This document shows, piece by piece, positions 60,241-64,000 of a stretch of DNA of 64,000 bases. The translations under genes and the position numbers were made by a program. How positions within the stretch are numbered: position 1 is the stretch's first letter; every line of letters starts with the position of its first letter. The stretch comes from Bacteroidales bacterium (GTDB taxonomy: Bacteria; Bacteroidota; Bacteroidia; Bacteroidales; JAFGHD01). The notes beneath the pieces were generated by a model. That model was not told the origin of the DNA and ran no database searches. It saw nothing but the letters and a program-made list of their open reading frames with translations. The stretch spans positions 1,758 through 65,757 of the forward strand of contig JAFGHD010000020.1 in the NCBI GenBank assembly GCA_016939365.1, read 5' to 3'.

Positions 60241-63170
60241 CCCATCAGAAAATTTGAAATTTTTTGAATCAGTTCGTTAGGGCGGATCGGCTTGGACAGG
60301 TATTCATCGCAACCGGCCTGAAGACTTTTTTCCCTGTCCTCAGTCATGGCATATGCCGTTAAAGAAATCACCGGCATTTTCGGTCTGAATTCCTTTATTG
60401 CCCTGGTCGCATCATAACCATTCATCAGGGGCATCCGGATATCCATCAGTACCAGGTCGATATTCCCGTTGGAATGACACATTTTCAAAGCTTCATGTCC
60501 ATTCCGGACATGCAGGAGCCTTGCTCCCGTATGTTCCAATATGGCACGTACCAACTCGAAGTTGGATATTTCATCCTCGGCAACGAGAATGAGCTTGTCG
60601 GACCAATCGGGGTACCCAGTGACAGTGGTGGTTGCTTCGGAAATTTCCTCATACCGGCTCTCGCCAGGTTCATATGGCAGTGTGAATGTAAACCTGCTGC
60701 CCTTCCCCTTCTCTGACTTCACCGAAATCTCGCCACCCAGGATTTTGACCAGTTTTTCGGAAATTGTCAATCCAAGTCCAGTTCCGCTATATCCGCGTGT
60801 CAGGGAATCCTCAGCCTGACGAAAACGTTCGAAGATGATTCCCAGCTTGTCTTCTGAGAGACCGATGCCCGTATCCTCCACAAAAAATGATATATCATCA
60901 TCTCCCTTCATTTCATAGCCTACACATATCCAACCCTTGTCGGTAAATTTCAGGGCATTATCGATCAGGTTGCTGAATATCTGTCTGAATCTCAAAGGAT
61001 CGGTAATGACCGAAAAACCGGGATCATCCATTTCTTTCATCGGTTTCAGAACGACATGCTCCTTCCCCATCCTGGCCGCTTCAATCCTGTAATGCTCAAG
61101 CAATTCATCAATGATTCTGTTGACCTGGCAGGGGGATTTGACGATATTGACCTGTTCGGCTTCAATTTTGGCAACATCAATGATATCCTCTATCAGTTTG
61201 AGTAGTATCTGGCTATTTTCACTGATGAGGCTGATGTACTCATTACGCGATTCCACAGAAAGATCAGTATCACCTAGCAGTTGGGAGAAACCGACGATGG
61301 CATTCATGGGAGTGCGTATCTCATGCGACATGTTTGCCAGGAAGGCCGTTTTCAGCCGGTCTGATTCCTCGGCTCTCTCCTTGGCGAATTTCAGGTCCGT
61401 TTCAGCTCTTTTTCTTGCAGTTATGTCGATGGCAATCCCGATCACCACCTGTTCATCATCCGATCTGAAACTGTATGGGATTTTAAAGGCCTGCAAAATG
61501 ATCGTCGTTCCGTCATGACGTGTGAAGCGACCGTCAGGAACGGACATGATCCTGTTGGATTTTATTACTTCCAGGTCCTCCTGATGGTATTTTTCCCATT
61601 CCGCCCTTACCGGGTGCACATCCTTCTGCAACTTGCCCACAAGTTTTTCCGCGGTTGTACCATATGCTTCCGCCATGGCTTTATTGACCATGAGAAACCT
61701 TCCCAGGTTGTCCTTGGCGAATATCATATGGGGAACCAAATCAATAATTGCCCTGAGGCGCCGTTCACTTTCACGCAGGGCATCCTCTGCCCTCTTTTGG
61801 GCGATGGAGAGGGCCACCTGATTGGATACGAATTCGAGAATGATCAGGTCTCTTTCACCAAAAGCACGGGCATTTGTCATGTTATGTACAACCATTGCAC
61901 CCATTACTTTCTCATTCGCCTTAAGTGGAACTCCCATCCAAACCAGGGGCCAGGGACCTTCATTCCGGAGAATGCCTTGCCTTGCCAGCTCAGTGATCTC
62001 CTCCTTCTGCAGGAGCAAGGGCTGATTCCTGCTTATCAAGTACATTGCAAGGGCATTCCCAGCGTAATTATATGGTTCCTTGCCATCTGGGGGTGCAGGG
62101 GGGAATACCATTTGAACCGTCTGATCTTCCGGATCAAAGAAAAATATCTGCAGCATTGAAGTATCGACCACCCTCCCCATCTCGATCCGGATGATCCGAT
62201 ATAAATCATCCAGATCGCCTGTCATATTGACCGCATTGGATATCTGATAAACAACGGATTGTAACTGCTGGTAACGTATGCGTTCCGCTTCGATCATTTT
62301 TTCACGGGTAACATCCCGGGCACTCCCCACCGTTCCCATCGTCCGGCCGTTATCAAACCATAACGGTGCCTTGAAAACATCGAGATATACCTTGCGGCCC
62401 TCTATATACCCCACCTCCTCAAAACGTTTTAATTCACCCGTTTCCAAAACCTCGCGATCTGACTTTGAAAAGGCAAAATCCATGGTATACCATGTATCGG
62501 AGCCCGGAGTTGTTTTCCTCTGACGTTCTGCAAAATAGAGATCGGTCTTGCCAATCGCTGTCGCTGTATCGCAGCCACCCAGCAATTTCTCACAGACTGC
62601 CCTGTTGGCAAAAATATAGCGGTTATTCAGGTCCTTCGCCCATATCATGTCGGGCACATTATCCGTCATCATGCGGAACAGGGTAAAAAGCGACTGGTAT
62701 TTCGATTCGTCAAAATGAACCTTTGGTTCCTGAAGCCGGGAAGAGGAAACATCATGGACTATAGCCATCATAACCGGCTGCCCTCTTAAGGTCACAAGGG
62801 AAACCCGGATATCAGCCCATCTCCCGGAACCATCCTTCGTACACACCTTGATTCTATAACTCTTCTTCACCCTTCTCCCTTTCAGCCGTCCGGATTCCCT
62901 TTTTCGGACGATTTCTCTGTGATCAGGATGCACCCAATCAAAAAAATTCATTTTCAGGAGTTCCTTCTCACTGTAGCCGCTAAAAATCAAGGCCTGAGGG
63001 CTGATATGGAAGAAACACCCATCCTCTCTGAAAAGGAAAACCGCAGACCGGATGTTTTCTGAAAGTGCCCTGAACAAGCTCCCGTGATCCAGAATTTCTT
63101 CACACGGCACATGTGGCCTGGTGACCAATTTGTCGGTTCCTCCGTTGGCTCTCTTTTTCATTTCATTCAA
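60237..63170 (-). CDS. Cytoplasmic PAS-PAS-GAF-PAS hybrid histidine kinase with a C-terminal receiver domain
   Basis: PAS (VHPDHR, IWAKD, IFAKD), GAF (WMGVPL), FLANMSHEIRTPMN, NALKF, GTGLGL, and REC with AEDE, LMDIRMP and SKP. Stop overlaps the start of the TPR kinase. Confidence 0.93.
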   Translation of the reverse strand: MNEMKKRANGGTDKLVTRPHVPCEEILDHGSLFRALSENIRSAVFLFREDGCFFHISPQALIFSGYSEKELLKMNFFDWVHPDHREIVRKRESGRLKGRRVKKSYRIKVCTKDGSGRWADIRVSLVTLRGQPVMMAIVHDVSSSRLQEPKVHFDESKYQSLFTLFRMMTDNVPDMIWAKDLNNRYIFANRAVCEKLLGGCDTATAIGKTDLYFAERQRKTTPGSDTWYTMDFAFSKSDREVLETGELKRFEEVGYIEGRKVYLDVFKAPLWFDNGRTMGTVGSARDVTREKMIEAERIRYQQLQSVVYQISNAVNMTGDLDDLYRIIRIEMGRVVDTSMLQIFFFDPEDQTVQMVFPPAPPDGKEPYNYAGNALAMYLISRNQPLLLQKEEITELARQGILRNEGPWPLVWMGVPLKANEKVMGAMVVHNMTNARAFGERDLIILEFVSNQVALSIAQKRAEDALRESERRLRAIIDLVPHMIFAKDNLGRFLMVNKAMAEAYGTTAEKLVGKLQKDVHPVRAEWEKYHQEDLEVIKSNRIMSVPDGRFTRHDGTTIILQAFKIPYSFRSDDEQVVIGIAIDITARKRAETDLKFAKERAEESDRLKTAFLANMSHEIRTPMNAIVGFSQLLGDTDLSVESRNEYISLISENSQILLKLIEDIIDVAKIEAEQVNIVKSPCQVNRIIDELLEHYRIEAARMGKEHVVLKPMKEMDDPGFSVITDPLRFRQIFSNLIDNALKFTDKGWICVGYEMKGDDDISFFVEDTGIGLSEDKLGIIFERFRQAEDSLTRGYSGTGLGLTISEKLVKILGGEISVKSEKGKGSRFTFTLPYEPGESRYEEISEATTTVTGYPDWSDKLILVAEDEISNFELVRAILEHTGARLLHVRNGHEALKMCHSNGNIDLVLMDIRMPLMNGYDATRAIKEFRPKMPVISLTAYAMTEDREKSLQAGCDEYLSKPIRPNELIQKISNFLMG

Positions 63171-63254
63171 ACGGGGTTTCGATCGTGTATAACAGGAACC
63201 CCGTCAATCCCATAAAGGGTGTTATCCCAAACAAATGATAAAATTACGCAATAA

Positions 63255-63322
63255 ATGGTTTTAAACCCCAGGGCAAGCCCTGATCCCTCTTTTCCGGGGC
63301 AAGCCCCGGGACATTAAACCAT
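63255..63322. repeat. REP/MITE-like element with two GC-AA-GC palindromes inside an imperfect inverted repeat
   Basis: CAGGGCAAGCCCTG (63269-63282) and CCGGGGCAAGCCCCGG (63294-63309), flanked by ATGGTTTTAA and TTAAACCAT. Confidence 0.6.
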
Positions 63323-63331
63323 ACCTTCTCG

Positions 63332-63358
63332 TCCGCCGAAGCGGAATGCGAAGGAGGA
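63332..63358. repeat. Imperfect palindromic interspersed repeat (CCGAAGC-n-GCGAAGG type)
   Basis: TCCGCCGAAGC-GGAAT-GCGAAGGAGGA forms a stem with symmetric internal GAA/GAA mismatches. Confidence 0.55.
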
Positions 63359-63386
63359 TTAAATTCCAGGCCCTCCACAGGGAAAT

Positions 63387-63417
63387 TTTGGTATAATTAG
63401 CGCTTTCCGTAAATTTG
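63387..63417 (+). promoter_or_regulatory. Primary-sigma promoter for the inositol monophosphatase gene
   Basis: TTTG (63387-63390), 19 nt, TAAATTTG (63410-63417). Confidence 0.75.
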
Positions 63418-63433
63418 GACGAAATTTCATCCC

Positions 63434-64000
63434 ATGAATCTTGAACTGATCACCAAACAAGTATCAAATCTTTGCAGGGCGAATGGCAGATATATCAGGA
63501 ATGAGCTGGATCATTTGACTGGAATTCAGATCGAGGAAAAAGGGGAGAACAGTTTTGTCACTTATGTCGACAGGACATCCGAGGAGCGGCTGGTCAGCGA
63601 ACTGGCCAAGATCCTGCCGGAAGCGGGATTCATTGCGGAAGAGAACGACAGCTATCCAAGGGAAGTGAGGTATAACTGGGTAATTGACCCCCTGGATGGC
63701 ACCACCAATTTTATTCACGGTGTGCCGCTCTATTCCGTGAGTGTAGCCCTGCTGGATGATAACGAAGTCATATCCGGGGTCATCCTGGAGGTCAACCTGC
63801 AGGAATGCTTCTATGCCTGGAAAAATGGTGGCGCCTGGCTGAACGGCCAACCCATTAATGTTTCCAAAGTGGCCACCCTGAAAGAGAGTCTGCTGGCGAC
63901 GGGATTCCCCTATTCCGATTACAGCCGGATGGAGGAATACCTGCAGGTGTTCAACTACCTCATCAAGAATTCCCATGGCTTAAGACGTTTGGGCTCAGCC
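63434..64000 (+). CDS. suhB: Inositol monophosphatase family protein (partial, runs off the window)
   Basis: Manual translation gives MNLELITKQV...FVTYVD...FIAEE...WVIDPLDGTTNFIHG...LATGFPY...LRRLGSA. Not in the ORF track. Confidence 0.92.
   Translation, partial: MNLELITKQVSNLCRANGRYIRNELDHLTGIQIEEKGENSFVTYVDRTSEERLVSELAKILPEAGFIAEENDSYPREVRYNWVIDPLDGTTNFIHGVPLYSVSVALLDDNEVISGVILEVNLQECFYAWKNGGAWLNGQPINVSKVATLKESLLATGFPYSDYSRMEEYLQVFNYLIKNSHGLRRLGSA

Noticed and set aside
63464-63976. 170-aa minus-strand ORF
   Set aside because: Antisense shadow of the inositol monophosphatase gene, which has clear motifs and a promoter on the plus strand.

Overview
Chromosomal window from a Bacteroidota bacterium, most likely Bacteroidales-like. 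This rests on repeated TAnnTTTG (-7) promoter boxes and on the gene families present. It is mostly housekeeping and envelope genes: a surface-glycan operon (YfhO, GT4, WecB-like epimerase, O-acetyltransferase, then a frameshifted GxxExxY gene), rpmH, pepD with an MFSD1-like transporter, rsmG, gyrB, prc, a fused CcsBA cytochrome c synthase, tricorn protease, a four-gene glycogen locus, three histidine kinases and a partial inositol monophosphatase gene. The best candidate for an under-described system is a five-gene operon at 50613-56004. It encodes an OprC-like TonB-dependent receptor (CxxxM and HxM copper motifs) and four lipoproteins: two small Ig-like proteins, an MbnP-family protein that has only one Trp where the WxW motif is expected, and an MbnH-type di-heme enzyme. 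No methanobactin synthesis genes are visible in the window. Other notable items are a FliG C-terminal-like domain on a GH57 enzyme, a candidate nucleoid-associated protein, a stand-alone PID-CTERM microprotein, back-to-back divergent promoters and small palindromic repeat elements. No rRNA, tRNA, CRISPR array or transposase was recognised. All family calls come from recalled motifs, not from database searches.
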